Source: Octopus vulgaris (lineage: Eukaryota). Taken from it: a stretch of DNA of 64,000 bases. This document shows, piece by piece, positions 1-12,412 of the stretch. The position numbers and the translations under genes are program-made. The stretch is taken from the NCBI GenBank assembly GCA_951406725.2, contig OX597823.1, positions 27,838,001 to 27,902,000 of the forward strand, in the 5' to 3' direction. Each line of letters starts with the position of its first letter. The stretch's first letter is position 1. The notes under the pieces are model-generated. The model did no database searches, had not been told where the DNA came from, and was given only the letters and a program-made list of their open reading frames with translations.

Positions 1-182
1 ACACATACGCATGCACGCATACACACATACACACGCATACGCACACATTCACATACTATACACACATGCACACAAAACATACACACACGCACACGAATAC
101 ACACACACACTACACACAGATGCACACATTCACACACACACACTACACACATACATACACACATTCACACACACACACACAC
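1..182. repeat. degenerate (CA)n microsatellite
   Basis: CA/CATA/CACG repeats read directly. Confidence 0.95.
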
Positions 183-277
183 GCGTACCAGTCCGTTCAA
201 GATGTATTTATTTGTTCAAATACTGCTTGTCTTCATAGAAATGTAAAATATAAGGAAATGCACTCGAGTGACAAGAA

Positions 278-506
278 CTACTACTACTAATACTACTACT
301 ACTATTACTACTACTATTACTACTACTACTACTACTACTACTACAAGCACCACCACCACTACTACTACTACTATACCACTACCACCACCACCACCACCAC
401 CACTACTACTACCACTACATCTACGCATTCGGCACCGTATTCATTGCCACCACTGTCTCCATCACCCTCTCCATCAAAGTCATCATCGTCATCATCATCA
501 TCATCA
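278..506. repeat. (ACT)n/(ACC)n/(CAT)n trinucleotide microsatellites
   Basis: Direct reading; explains the poly-T, poly-P and poly-V ORFs. Confidence 0.95.
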
Positions 507-878
507 ACGGACAAACTATCCAATTTAGTATTCTTAAGAGACCTCTTAGCCATGTTTAGAAATCTCATTTCTCAAGTTTATCCCTCACCCCCGCCCTCTA
601 CTTACAACACTACACACCACACCTTACACTACGCCACAGCACAGCTCCCCCACCCCACACTCGACCACATCAGACCACGTTTCAAACAGCATCACCCCCA
701 CCCACCCACCCACCCACCAGTACCTTACCACTTTTGGTAAAGAACTGGTTCGTTGTTTTTTGACTTCGGAAATATTTCTCTTTAATTTATAAACACACGT
801 GTGCGCGCGCGCTCACTCACACACACACGTACACGTACACGTGTGTGTATGTATATACATGTAAACATACATACACAC

Positions 879-920
<42 letters not shown>

Positions 921-974
921 ATATACATATGTATATATTCATACGTATACATACATACATATACATATATATAT

Positions 975-1136
975 AGTTAATCCAAACAAGAAAGCACAAA
1001 AAAACACAACGCGAGGACGTGGAACAAATATAGTATTATTGGACGCTAAGGAAAGAAGAAGGGTTTAACGTTTCGAGCGGAGCTCTTCGTCGGAAACATA
1101 GAAGGAAAGATCCAGAGAAGGGAAGATAGAGGAAAA
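975..1136 (-). mobile_element. short Penelope-like/retrozyme-like fragment between (TA)n tracts
   Basis: Non-microsatellite insert carrying a minimal hammerhead motif and pyrimidine-rich flanks on the minus strand. Confidence 0.55.
1063..1097 (-). ncRNA. minimal type I hammerhead ribozyme motif (U4C variant)
   Basis: Minus strand reads GTTT-CCGACGA-A-GAGC-tcc-GCTC-GAAA-CG-TT-AAAC; stems I and II are complementary. Confidence 0.65.
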
Positions 1137-1256
1137 ATATATATATATATATATACATACCTATATATATATACATACATATATATATACATATATATAT
1201 ATATATACATACACACACACACACACACACACTATATATATATATATATATATATA

Positions 1257-1288
<32 letters not shown>

Positions 1289-1490
1289 CATACATACATA
1301 TACACATATATATATATATATATACATACATATACACATATATATATATATACATACATATACACATATATATATATATATACATACATATACACATATA
1401 TATATATATATATACATACATATACACATATATATATATATATATACATACATATACACATATATATATATATATACATACATATACACA

Positions 1491-1526
<36 letters not shown>

Positions 1527-1566
1527 CATACATATACACACACATATATATATATATACATACATA

Positions 1567-1597
<31 letters not shown>

Positions 1598-1765
1598 ACA
1601 TACACATATATATATATACATACATACACATATATATATATATATACATACATACACACATATATATATATATATACATACACACATACATACACATATA
1701 TATATATAAATACATATATATACACACATACATATGCATATATATATATATATATATATATAAAT
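1137..1765. repeat. compound (TA)n/(CA)n/(TACA)n satellite
   Basis: Repeating unit (TA)n-CATACATATACACA. Confidence 0.95.
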
Positions 1766-1898
1766 ACAGTAATAATAAAAGGGTGAAATTAATTAATTAG
1801 GGATAATTATCAATTACACCAAGTAGATTTCGGTATGTAAAAGCCCCATTCGGGGAAAATTTAAGTAATACTAAGTAATGAAGGGTTTAGCAACGAAT

Positions 1899-2044
1899 TG
1901 CCTCACCAACACACCGAATTTAGAAATAGCAGTCAAAGAGATATAGCTATTCCTTCTACTAAAAGGGGAGAAGGAATAGCTATATATTTCTAATTCTGTG
2001 TTGACATTGCTATATATCATAAATATCGGTGTGTTGGTGAGGCA
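1899..2044. repeat. nested inverted repeat (hairpin)
   Basis: Perfect 19-bp arms 1899-1917/2026-2044 and perfect 17-bp inner arms 1941-1957/1969-1985. Confidence 0.9.
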
Positions 2045-2103
2045 TATATATATATATAAATACATATATCATATAAAAATACATATATATACACACATAC
2101 ATA

Positions 2104-2144
<41 letters not shown>

Positions 2145-2184
2145 CATATATATAAATACATATATATACACACACATACATATG

Positions 2185-2215
<31 letters not shown>

Positions 2216-2285
2216 CATATATATAAATACATATATACACACATATATGCATATATATAATATATATATATATAATATATAATAA

Positions 2286-2328
<43 letters not shown>

Positions 2329-2398
2329 TATACACACATACATATGCATATATATATATATATATATATATAAATACATATATATACACACATACATA

Positions 2399-2436
<38 letters not shown>

Positions 2437-2510
2437 TATACACACATACATATGCATATATATATATATATATATATATAATATACATATATATACACAC
2501 ATACATATGC

Positions 2511-2543
<33 letters not shown>

Positions 2544-2680
2544 CATATATATACACACATACATATGCATATATATATATATATATATATATAAATACAT
2601 ATATATACACACATACATATGCATATATATATATATATAAATACATATATATACACACGCATGTATATACACATATATTT
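2045..2680. repeat. compound (TA)n satellite with higher-order unit
   Basis: Repeating (TA)n-AATACATATATATACACACATACATATGC. Confidence 0.95.
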
Positions 2681-2929
2681 TGCATATTTTGATCATGTAT
2701 TAATCTGTTTTAATGTCTTTTACATTATTCATATTGAGTATACAGTATTCATATTTGTAGTAGTAGTAGTAGTAGTAGTATTGTTGTTGTTGTTTCATTC
2801 ATTCACTCATTGAAGCTACCAGTCTTGTCTTGTCGATGTTGGTATTTCAAATAATCGCCCTTTTTATAAATAGTGATTAAAAAAAAAAAAAACTAGCCAC
2901 ACCATCAGACATTGTTACTGTTACTGTCA

Positions 2930-3140
2930 TTGTTTAACCCCAGGTCAACCCTATTTGGGACGTATGATCGATCGAAGACTTTAATCCGTAACCATCCTGC
3001 TTTATTTTTTTTCAGGAATTGTGTAACTTAATTTGCATTATCCGTCGTGGCTTTCTTATTTAAGATGGTAGGGTGCAATTTAGAAGAGATTTAGCTATTT
3101 GGATGCTATTTCTAGCAGTTTAAACAACCACGTTGAGGTT
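2930..3140 (+). repeat. old dispersed repeat (family F)
   Basis: Motifs tttaaccccaggtca...gatttggctgctatttctagc recur near 19.6, 27.3, 31.3, 33.8, 35.0, 60.3, 61.5 and 62.2 kb. Confidence 0.55.
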
Positions 3141-3234
3141 GGTATGGCGAAACTTTACTGTTGAGGATTACAGCTGAATTACTTTTGATCATAAATCTTC
3201 GGGATTGACTTAGGGATAACTAATGGTTTCTTAT

Positions 3235-3440
3235 ATAGGCACAAGGTCAATAATTTTGAGTGGAGGGGATTAATCGAGTCCATCAATCATTGTACTTGAT
3301 TGGTACTTTATTTTGTCGACCCCGGTGGGATAAATGGCAAAATTAACCTTAGCGGGATTTGAACTCAAAATGTCAAGAACCAGCACAAATGCTGCCAAAT
3401 GTTCTTTCCGAGCTTAGCGATTCTGCCAGTTCGCCTCCTT
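3235..3440 (-). mobile_element. SINE family B, diverged
   Basis: Similar to the 31958-32742 units. Confidence 0.75.
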
Positions 3441-3685
3441 CCGTGGGTTAAATAATTTATTCTTTTAATTAGCCACAAGGGCTTACATAAGATAACACAA
3501 AAAGACATAACAGAACAATACAAAAGCGTTTTTAAATCATGTAAGCAAAAAAACAAAACAAAAAAAAACAATGAAAATCAGACTCGCAAAAAGGGGAAGC
3601 GATTTAAAGGTTGCTCATAAAAAAACCCCACAAACCCACATGTGGACTGACCAACAGGGCAAGAGCCCTCTCCTTTTTTTCTTTT

Positions 3686-4647
3686 TCACAGGTGCATGCT
3701 CAAGATAGGTCCTTTCACATTAACCATTTTCCCAACATTCACCCACCTTTCAACAAGTTTGCTAGAAGACAACGCGTCTCTCTCCAACCTCACTTTCCTT
3801 TTCAAGTGAAACTTGAAAAAGTTGATGAGGGCTTGGCCAAAGAGAAAAGTGTCTGTCTTCAGCCCTTTCAAGCGTGTCCACCACACAGCTTCTTTTGCTA
3901 CAGCCACCAGACAAATGAAAATTGCTTGTTCCTCCCGACCGAAGGAGGGCGGCGGTGCAGTTCTCACTATGGATTCAGTCGATAGCCGGATCTGTCCTAC
4001 ACGTGACAGCTGGTGTTCGACATAAACTCACAGGTCAGCAATGTTCGAACACTGGACGAATGCGTGCAGGACGGTTTTATCGCCTCGCGCGCACCTCGGG
4101 CAAGCTCAGCTGACGGCGTTTCCGTGCCTGTAAAGTTTATCTCAAACAGGCAGCGTCCTCCGGTAGCACTGACAGGCCAGGAATTTTTGGAGGTTATCCA
4201 TAGGCCCCGGCCCGAAAATCCTCCGGATCAGACTAGTAAACTGATCATCGTCGACGTTCAGAGTTTCCACACTTTCCCCCCACTAGCCCTCTATAGAACG
4301 CTCGAGTGGAACTACCACCGACCGCATTGCCCGACTGGCAGAGGTCTGTGAGCGCTTGACGGCACTCGAAGTGCAAGCACCCTGCCTCGGTCTGCACTTA
4401 ATCCAGGATTGCAGTTCAGTCAAAGAGACGAGCTAATGGCAAGCACCCCTGCCCGTCAAGGAAACGCTGGAGATGCCGCAGCCTGAGCGCATTCCCGCAC
4501 GTCAGCAACCACGGCATGCCCAGCTCTGGTTTCGCTAATGGCTGCTACATCTACACCATGTGACCTCAAGTCGTTTAGAAGGTGACCTTGTTTTCAAGCC
4601 GACCCGAGGCCACTGGCATTCAAATAACCCACTGTGAGCATGGCCAT
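3686..4647 (-). pseudogene. Tx1-like ORF2 remnant: APE N-terminus joined to post-RT C-terminus
   Basis: MAMLTVGYLNASGLGSA*KQGHLLNDLRSHGVDVAAISETR, then LGMPWLL...LRLRHLQRF, CPRCARGDKTVLHAFVQC, LVAVAKEAVWWTR; several in-frame stops. Confidence 0.85.
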
Positions 4648-4709
4648 GCTGAAAGAATAATAATGGAGGAGAGTGCCACCTACCGCAGTTTTCTGGTTGA
4701 ATGGTCTCT

Positions 4710-6458
4710 TTATTCTTGGATGGGCACGAGCAGATTTTTGAAAAGTCTTTTGGAAATGTTTTTCTGAAACTGCCGAACAGCTTTCGAGTAATTTGATTTT
4801 ATTGTGTTGTATGCGTGTTGTGATATTTTAAAATTTTGTTTGTGTGCTGGTGTTGTGTTGTCTGTTGGAAAAACAAAATCTTTTATTGTGGTGTCTGTGT
4901 GATCTCTTAAATGGTTCATGAGTTCCATGTTATTTGTGTTTATGGCTGCTAGGTTGGTAATGTGTGGAATCTGTTAATGGTAGGATTTGTGTTCTTGTCT
5001 GTGTTTGTGGACGAGGCTATGGTGCTGGTGAATATCTTGTTGTTGGCGGTTGTGTTTGTGTGTTGCTGCTGTTGGGAAGTTCAGCTTCTTTGCACCTACC
5101 CCGTTTTCCTTCTAGTGGTTCTGCCGTTTTCTTTGCCTTTTGTTGGAGACTGTATGCCATTCCCCCTTCTCGACCTCAGTGTTTCAAAGATCTATGTTGT
5201 CCTGGTCGGGAAGGTGTATGTCTTGAGGGCAATATCTACCGGTGCTGCTGTTACTGCTGGTAGTGGTACTTCGGCTGATGTTTTTGTCTGCTGCTGCTGT
5301 CTTTGCTGTTGGTGGTGCTTCAACGGTGGTTGAGGGCAGTATTCCTATTGTTATTGTTGGTAGTGGTGGTGATGGTGTTGATGGTACCTTTGCTGTGTTG
5401 GCTGCCACGCTGAAGATGGCACCAAAGCTGGTGTGGGTAGAAGGGCCGGCCGTTCTTCCCTTCTCAGTCTGAGGCACGAATCTTTGACGTGTTTTTTTCT
5501 TACCACAGAGGTAATACCCAAGCCTTCTGCCCTGTACAGCCACGTGGAGTTTTGTGCTGTGGCTGGCTGATCGAATCGGGGATGCGTTCTATGCTCAGTT
5601 GTTCTACTTGGATTAAGAACTCCATCCCCTGACCCGACTAATTTCGTTGGTGCAACTTGTGCACTTCCAGTATTGTGGAGGTGTCCTCAATGTCTAGTCG
5701 GAATGCCACCACCAGTCAGCATATATCTATTTCTGGAGGTACCTCCCCAATTTTTACTTTTGTTAAGCGCCGACCAAGGTATGTCGGTACGAGCAAAAAA
5801 TTCTGAGTTTTTAGTGGCACTATGGAGTGATGCCTTGCTTCTTGTTCTATTGCAAAACGCACCTCCACAGTGCCGAACATTTTCTTCTTGTTACGTATGT
5901 TTTCGCATTCCATATCGGTTTTAAAATGAGTTCAAGTTGCGGCTATGTTGCTTGTTCTACTCGTTTTTTTAAAATTTATTCACACATTTGTAAATGAGTG
6001 TTTTCTTATTCGCATCCCTTATTAGTTCATTTGGGGTATTTAGAGAGACATAGTTTCCACTTCTTACCAATAGCCCTTTTGAGCCTTTGATATCTTTCAT
6101 TGTGAAATTGAGCCTTTCTTCAATTTGCTTCGCCGCCGAGGCGAAACCGCAAACGCTTGGTTTGTTGCTGTTGTTGTTCGTGGTGGTGGTGGTGGCAGTG
6201 TCAGTGTTTGCAGATTTGTTCTCATTTGAGTTGTTTGATTTTTCTGTTTCTGTCGTTGGTGTTACTAGAGGTGGTGGCGTTGGAGGAGCTTTCGGTAGAG
6301 TTCATTTTTGTGTTGAGTGTGTTGCTATAGTTAATGGTGGCGGTGGTAGTGCTGCTTAGCGGTGGGCAGTCAACAGAGTACCAGCTGCTAGAAGAGCAAC
6401 TGCCACTCCCATTGACTTGAAAAACCATATTGTTTTTGTGAAATATAAATTCATTCAA
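4710..6458 (-). pseudogene. Tx1-like ORF1 (gag-like) remnant
   Basis: Fragmented ORFs: RRM-like TKVKIGEVPPEI, frameshifted zinc knuckle (Y)YLCGKKK/HVKDSC near 5475-5516, T/P/A-rich linker. Confidence 0.7.
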
Positions 6459-7038
6459 GGATTAAGGAGTGTCCAAAATTCGTCTGGTGCACAAACTATG
6501 TTTTACAAATACAAAACATTACAATAAAACAGGTTACAAAGCTTCAGAAAGCAACATTAATCAACAGCATCTTAAGAGCTCAAAACAGCACGTCCAGGAA
6601 TTTTGAAAAAATTTGAAACGCAAAAAAAGGGTTGTATAGTTCCACACCCCCAATGGGGCTTTGGTCCACAAAAGTCAGCTCCCCAAAAGAGCAGCTGGTT
6701 TGCAAAACAATTCAAATAACAAAAATGAGGTATAAAAACTTTTAAGCGAGTGAAATTCTCACAAACATACGGAGCTACAAAATACACATCAACCTATGAC
6801 GACCTCCGTGGGTTACATATTAAAAACGACAAAATTACTAGAAAAGAAACGCAACCCGGATGTTACGAGCACAGGCATTGTTCTACCTGAACCAGTTTTC
6901 AAACTTATTCACAAACGACCAGTTCGTGCGCCATAAATTTGACATACTTTTTATATAACAAAAGACAACAATATCACTTTTGATTTTTACTCAAATACAG
7001 TAAGTTTACAAAGAGACAGGAAGGTAAAATGAATGCGG

Positions 7039-7081
<43 letters not shown>

Positions 7082-7084
<3 letters not shown>

Positions 7085-8214
7085 AAAATTACATTAGAAT
7101 ATCTTGAAATACTAAATTTATTGAATAGAATCGCGACCTCTAGACGACTTCTGAATCTCCTGCAACTCTTCTACACAGCCTCTTTGTTTAAGTTGCTGAA
7201 CGTTGCCATAATCCTTGCCTTCTGTTTATCTTTGGTGTTACAAGGAGTTATAATAATCAAGGGGTTTGCAGTCTGGGATGTTAGGTGGCCAGATGTTAGA
7301 GGTGGTTTGGTCGCAGAAATTGTTTGACAGCCATGACTGGGTTCTCCTACTTGTGTGACATGGTGCAGAGTCCTGTTGCCAGACATAGGGTGTTCCAGCA
7401 GTCACCCTCTTGACCCAGGTCAGCACTACCTCTTTCAGGCACTTGATGTAGGCCCCCGTGTTGAGTCTGAGGCTGTGTGGGAAGACGAATGGAAGCTTAA
7501 CGTCGCCATCACTAGTGATCACTCCAAACACCATGATGTTGACTAGATGTTTGATTTTTATCACTCTCAGTACATGTTTTGGGGACACGCCAAGCCAACG
7601 GTTGTTCACCATCTGATCCTGGTAGAAATTTTTCTCGTCTGAGAAAAACTAAAGCATGTTCGATTGGAAGGTGTGCTTGAGTTTCTTCAAAAGCATCGTA
7701 GCGCGGTCTTTCCTCTTGTCCTTGATGGTTTGGGATAAAAATTGGCCCTTTCTCATCTTTTATGAGGAATATCGAATGTCTTCATGCGCTAACTCCCATA
7801 TCCCTAGCGATGGACCTGATTGACTTGGAAGTATCGTTGTCAATCATGGCCTGGATCTCACCAACCAATTCCGGAGTATTTTTCTTATCAGAACGATAAG
7901 AGTGAGTTTTCAGAGCTGCCCTACCTTCTTAATTAACATTTTTCTCATCCAACTCCTTCCGAATCCTCTGCACTGTCCTCAGATTGCCACCTACACACTG
8001 AAATGTTCGTATTGGAGCTTCCGGTGCGACTTCCAAGCAGTACAGCATGTCATTTCCCAATTGCTGTCAGAGTGAATTGCGTCATGGTGCTGGTTTTCTC
8101 ACAGACGGTACCCAACTGATCCTACTATACTGTGTTGTCGACAAAATAAAAAAATAAAAAAAACATGCGAAATTAAAAATATAAAGTGTCGACAATTTAC
8201 CATCGCATCCTGCA
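7082..8214 (-). mobile_element. Tc1/mariner DD37D (maT) transposon, decayed
   Basis: FSDEK...MVFGVITSDG...WQQDSAPCH...WPPNIPDCKPLDYY with 37 residues between the second and third D; TIR-like CAGGATGCGATGGTAAATTGTCG at the right end; (TA)n on both sides. Confidence 0.9.
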
Positions 8215-8299
8215 TATATATATATATATATATATATAGATATATATAGCCGTAGTATATCGTCGTTGGCTTTATCTCGTATTGGAGACTTTAGTTTCT

Positions 8300-8525
8300 T
8301 CTTTGTAGACTAATTCTTGCATAGAAGAGTCAATGGCATGGTAGCGTTGATGGAAGACGAGGTTGATTTTAGCAACCTTTCTCTTCTGACGTTTGATTTC
8401 TTCCTTTGCTCTTCGGGTGGCTTCGAAGTTTTTCTTTGCGATGGCGATGGAGCACCGCCACTTGTTACAGTTTCGGGCTTGTGTTTCAAACGATTTAGGC
8501 TCAATTCCAGTGGCTTTCAGTGTTG
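8300..8525 (-). mobile_element. RTE-clade LINE ORF2 3' fragment
   Basis: Minus-strand frame TLKATGIEPKSFETQARNCNKWRCSIAIAKKNFEATRRAKEEIKRQKRK resembles RTE C-termini. Confidence 0.65.
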
Positions 8526-9031
8526 TTTTGAGTTAGGCTTTGTATGTAACCATATAATAGTTCTATAAGTATAATATGTATATTATTTTATGTGGTGGAT
8601 ATTAACTAGAATCTGTTTTTTTTTCTGTCTTTGTATTAATCCCGTCTAAGTGCAATGTCCATTTCTCTTTTTTTGTGTGTTGACGCGATTAAAGTATTCT
8701 TACAAAAATAAAAATAAAATTGTTGCTGGTCGTGTGGAAATATCCATTGACAAAACATTTAACTTACTTTGATGTAGTTTTACTTAAATGCTTTGGAAAT
8801 TATGTAGTCTTCTGCTATTTGTAAGGAACAATGTGTATTTGGCGAATGTTTACTAAAACCTATATAACTTGGTGAATTCTCGTGAGATTATTGGAAGTAC
8901 TCGATTGGTGAAGGAGCAATGTGTAGTTGATGAATGTTTAGTCGGTGCTTTCGTCAACTCTAACTGAAATCTATATAACTTGGTGAAACGCTTCTTGTGC
9001 GATTAATTGAAGTGAGTCATTCATTGGTGAA

Positions 9032-9070
9032 TGTAGCTGATGATGAAGTAAGCGCGAAACATGTAACTCT
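9032..9070 (+). ncRNA. degenerate hammerhead motif in a Penelope-like terminal repeat
   Basis: CTGATGA...GC-GAAA-CATG-TA with palindromic stem III; stems I and II are damaged. Confidence 0.4.
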
Positions 9071-9504
9071 TATGGTTTATCACACTTGTCAAATAGAATT
9101 GTTTAGTTCCTCAGTTATTTCAGAACATCTGTTATTGTAATCACACCGTATATATTTCAGGTAAGACAAAGGTATCAGAGAAAACTAGTCATTTTAATAC
9201 CTGCGCTTAGTCTTTGGCTAGCAGGCTTAAACCATCGCTCAGTTGAACACATCTAAACGATCCTTTTGTGGTGATTTTAATCTGTTGTTCAACATAACAT
9301 CACCTCCTGGTCTTTGGATTTTGCTTTTAGCGGTCAACTTAGTTTTAAGCATTCGGTTCAGAACTCCGACCTCGGAATACGTTCTCCCATTTCTCCCACC
9401 ACTCACTTGAGTTCCGCACTCCAACAGTTATCTCCCTTGTTTGGCTAAACCTAAATATCTTAAAAACAATCTACACTACAAATAAATATGCAGAAAAAAG
9501 ATAA

Positions 9505-9955
9505 AAAGGGCTGTGGCGGTATGGGTGGTGTGGTTAAGGAGCTCACTTTTCAACCACGTGGTTTTGGGTTCAATCCCACTGCACAGTACCTTGGGCAAGT
9601 GTATTTTAATATAGTCCTCGGCCGACCACTGCAATCTGAGTGAATTTGGTAGACGGAGACCGTTTAGAATCCCGTCATATATATATGTATGTATATATGT
9701 ATGTATGTATGTATGTATATATATATATATATATATACACATACATGTGTGTGTGTCTGTGTTTGTCTCCCCCCACCCCCATCGCTTGACAACCAGTATT
9801 GGTTTGTTTATGCTGTTCGGCAAGAGGGGTTGGTAGAATAAATACCAGATCTAAAAACGCAAGTACTAGGGTCCACCTGTTCAGCTAAAACCCTTCAAGG
9901 GCAGTGCCCCAGCATGACCGCTGTGCAATAACTGAAACAAATAAAAGATAAAAGA
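9505..9955 (+). mobile_element. SINE family A (tRNA head, CORE-like ccttgggcaagt, internal microsatellite), diverged
   Basis: A/B-box-like head and homology to the 36146-36535 copy. Confidence 0.8.
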
Positions 9956-9959
9956 CAGA

Positions 9960-10745
9960 TTAGCTGAATCATTAAAGTGTCGGACAAAATACCTTGTGGT
10001 ATTTCACTTTGGTTATTTACGTTCAGAGTTCACGTCCTATATTGGTTGACTTTGCCTTTCATCCTTCGGTGGTCGATCACATAAAGTACCAGTCATTTAC
10101 AAGGGTCGATATCGTCAGATGTTCTCTCCTTCAAACTTCTGGTTTCGTGCCTATGTTGATATTTCTCAACCTGGTGAATTGGCAGAATTATTAGAGCGTC
10201 GGACAAAATGCGCTGCAATATTTGTTTCTATTCTTTACCTTTCTGAGTTCAAATCTCACCGAGGTGAACTTCGTTTTTCTTCCTTTCGGGGTCGATAAAA
10301 CAAAGTACCAGTCAAGTATCGAAACCCATGTAATCGACTTACCACTTTTCCCAATATTTTAGGCTTTGTGCCTAGGGTAGCGGGGTGGCAGGGAAGGTGG
10401 TGGACAACCAGAATCCTTGGAGTCTGAAAAAGTTTTTTGCGCGTTTTTGTCTTTGCTTTCTCAGCTCTTTATGTTTATCCATGCATCCATCCATCATCTT
10501 AGTCCACTATTCCTGCGAGGGTCATGGGGTTAGAGTCCTCAGGCACCTCTCCCATAGGTTCCTGTCAGACGCAACTATCATTACACTGTCCTCTTTACAT
10601 TCTGGGTTCAAATACCGCTGAGGTTAATCTTGCCTTTTTTATCTTTTCGGAGTTGATAAAATGACCTGGCGGTTAAGTACGGGGTCAATGTAATTGACTA
10701 ACCCCGCTGAAAAAAACCCGCCGGATTTGTGCCTAAATTAGAAAA
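9960..10745 (+). mobile_element. cluster of three diverged SINE B copies
   Basis: Repeated gagttcaaat...cctttcggggtcgataaa...gtacc motif. Confidence 0.7.
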
Positions 10746-11007
10746 CAAAAATATTATTTTTGTGAATTGGTCAAGCGTGTTAAATTCCTTTCCCTCCTCC
10801 TATTAACTTAAAAGTTGTTTTGATGAGCAACTTTAAAACAAGATCACACAAGAACCTCTTGTAAAGTAATAAAAAGACATTTAAATAACTGAAATTCTTG
10901 GCATATTTCTCTCCCGCCTCCTTCATCACCGTTCCTCGAAGGTGACAATTAGACAAGATCTCAACTGAAGGCTGCTTCTGTTGTCTATGATTAGCTTTGC
11001 ATTTGTT

Positions 11008-11830
11008 AGTAATAGTTGTAGTGCTGGTGGCAAAGGTGGTGGTAGTAGTAGTGGTAGTATCAACCAACGATGGTGGTTGTAGTTGTGGCAGTGGTGGAGA
11101 TAGTGGTGGTGATGATGATGTAGGTGCTGGCGTTACTGTAGTGGTAGTGACCAAAATGCAGTAGTAATAGTGGCAGTTGTGGTGGTGGTAATGGTGGTGG
11201 TGGCAGTCGTAACGGTCATCGTTGTAGTTTGACGGTTGTGGGGATGGTGGTAGCAAAAGTGGTGACAGCAGCGACAAGAATAGTAGTAATAGTAGTGGTG
11301 GTGATGGTGATCGTGGTGTCGGTTGTGGTGGTAGGAGTGGTAGTGGTGATTGTAGTGATGGTTGTAGTGGATATAGTAGTATCGGTAATTGTCGGTGGGA
11401 GTAGTCCTGGCTGTAGTGGAAGTATTGCTGGTTGTAGCGGTAATAGTGCTGGTTGTGGCGGTAGTGGTGCTGGTTGTGGTGGTAGTGGTGATGGTTGTGG
11501 CGGTAGTGGTGCTGGTTGTGGCGGTAGTGGTGCTGTTAGTAGTGCTGGTTGTGGCGGTAGTGGTGCTGGTAGTAGTGGTAGTGGTGCTGGCAGTAGTGGT
11601 AGTAGTGCTGGTTGTGGCGGTAGTAGTACTGTAGTAGTGGTAGTAGTGCTGGTTGTGGCGGTAGTAGTACTGTAGTAGTGGTAGTAGTGCTGGTTGTGGC
11701 GGTAGTAGTACTGTAGTAGTGGTAGTAGTGCTGGTTGTGGCGGTAGTAGTACTGTAGTAGTGGTAGTAGTGCTGGTTGTGGTGGCGGTAGTAGGTGTTGA
11801 GTGAGATGTAGTGTAACAGTGATGGTGATA
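11008..11830. repeat. GTA/GTG-rich minisatellite including a 41-bp unit repeated about four times
   Basis: ACTG recurs at 11628, 11669, 11710 and 11751. Confidence 0.9.
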
Positions 11831-12412
11831 TAAACAAAACTAATAATATTTTACTTTTGGTGTTGTAGCGACAAAATTGTTTCACTATGACACATATTAA
11901 TCACACACACACACACACACACACACGTTGCACTTTATTTTTAAGCCGTGTGTATAATAAACTGTCTTCCTGAATATTTATGTATGTTTTTTATTATGAC
12001 CGACACTCTCATAAAATCGTGTATACATCAAACTGTAAAGTGTCGTCTGTTAGTGTTTTATGAGGACGTATATATATATATATATATAAATGTATGTATA
12101 TATATATATATATGTATATATATATACATACATATACAGTCGTATATACATGAAACTGCGTTTGCTTGTTAATGTTTTATATGTGTTTTATTATAGCTCA
12201 CAACTATACATACCTGTGTATGCATAAATCTGCGTTTGATTGTAACACACAGACGGAGTTATGCTTAAATATGTTTGTAAGAAAGTTTGGAAAACTCACT
12301 GGAACTGTATCTTCGCTTCTGATTACCTCCTGAAGTGTGTGTGTGTGTGTGTGATAAATCAAGATAGAACATGGAAATGATTAACGGAAAAGAACAAATA
12401 AATAAACCTTAG

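Larger units (their letters stand above)
3451..6804 (-). mobile_element. Tx1/L1-clade non-LTR retrotransposon, internally deleted
   Basis: ORF1 remnants, APE endonuclease N-terminus, post-RT region and CCHC motif; candidate 11-bp TSD TCCGTGGGTTA at 3440-3450 and 6805-6815. Confidence 0.85.

Noticed and set aside
11-2813. Many long ORFs rich in Y/I/C/V/H/T
   Set aside because: They are translations of TA/CA/TG microsatellites; the same applies at 17 kb, 42-46 kb and 55.7-57 kb.
11133-11885. 250-aa Thr-rich mucin-like ORF and overlapping Gly/Ser/Cys ORF
   Set aside because: Trinucleotide-derived minisatellite; its 41-bp unit is not a multiple of three and several frames are open.
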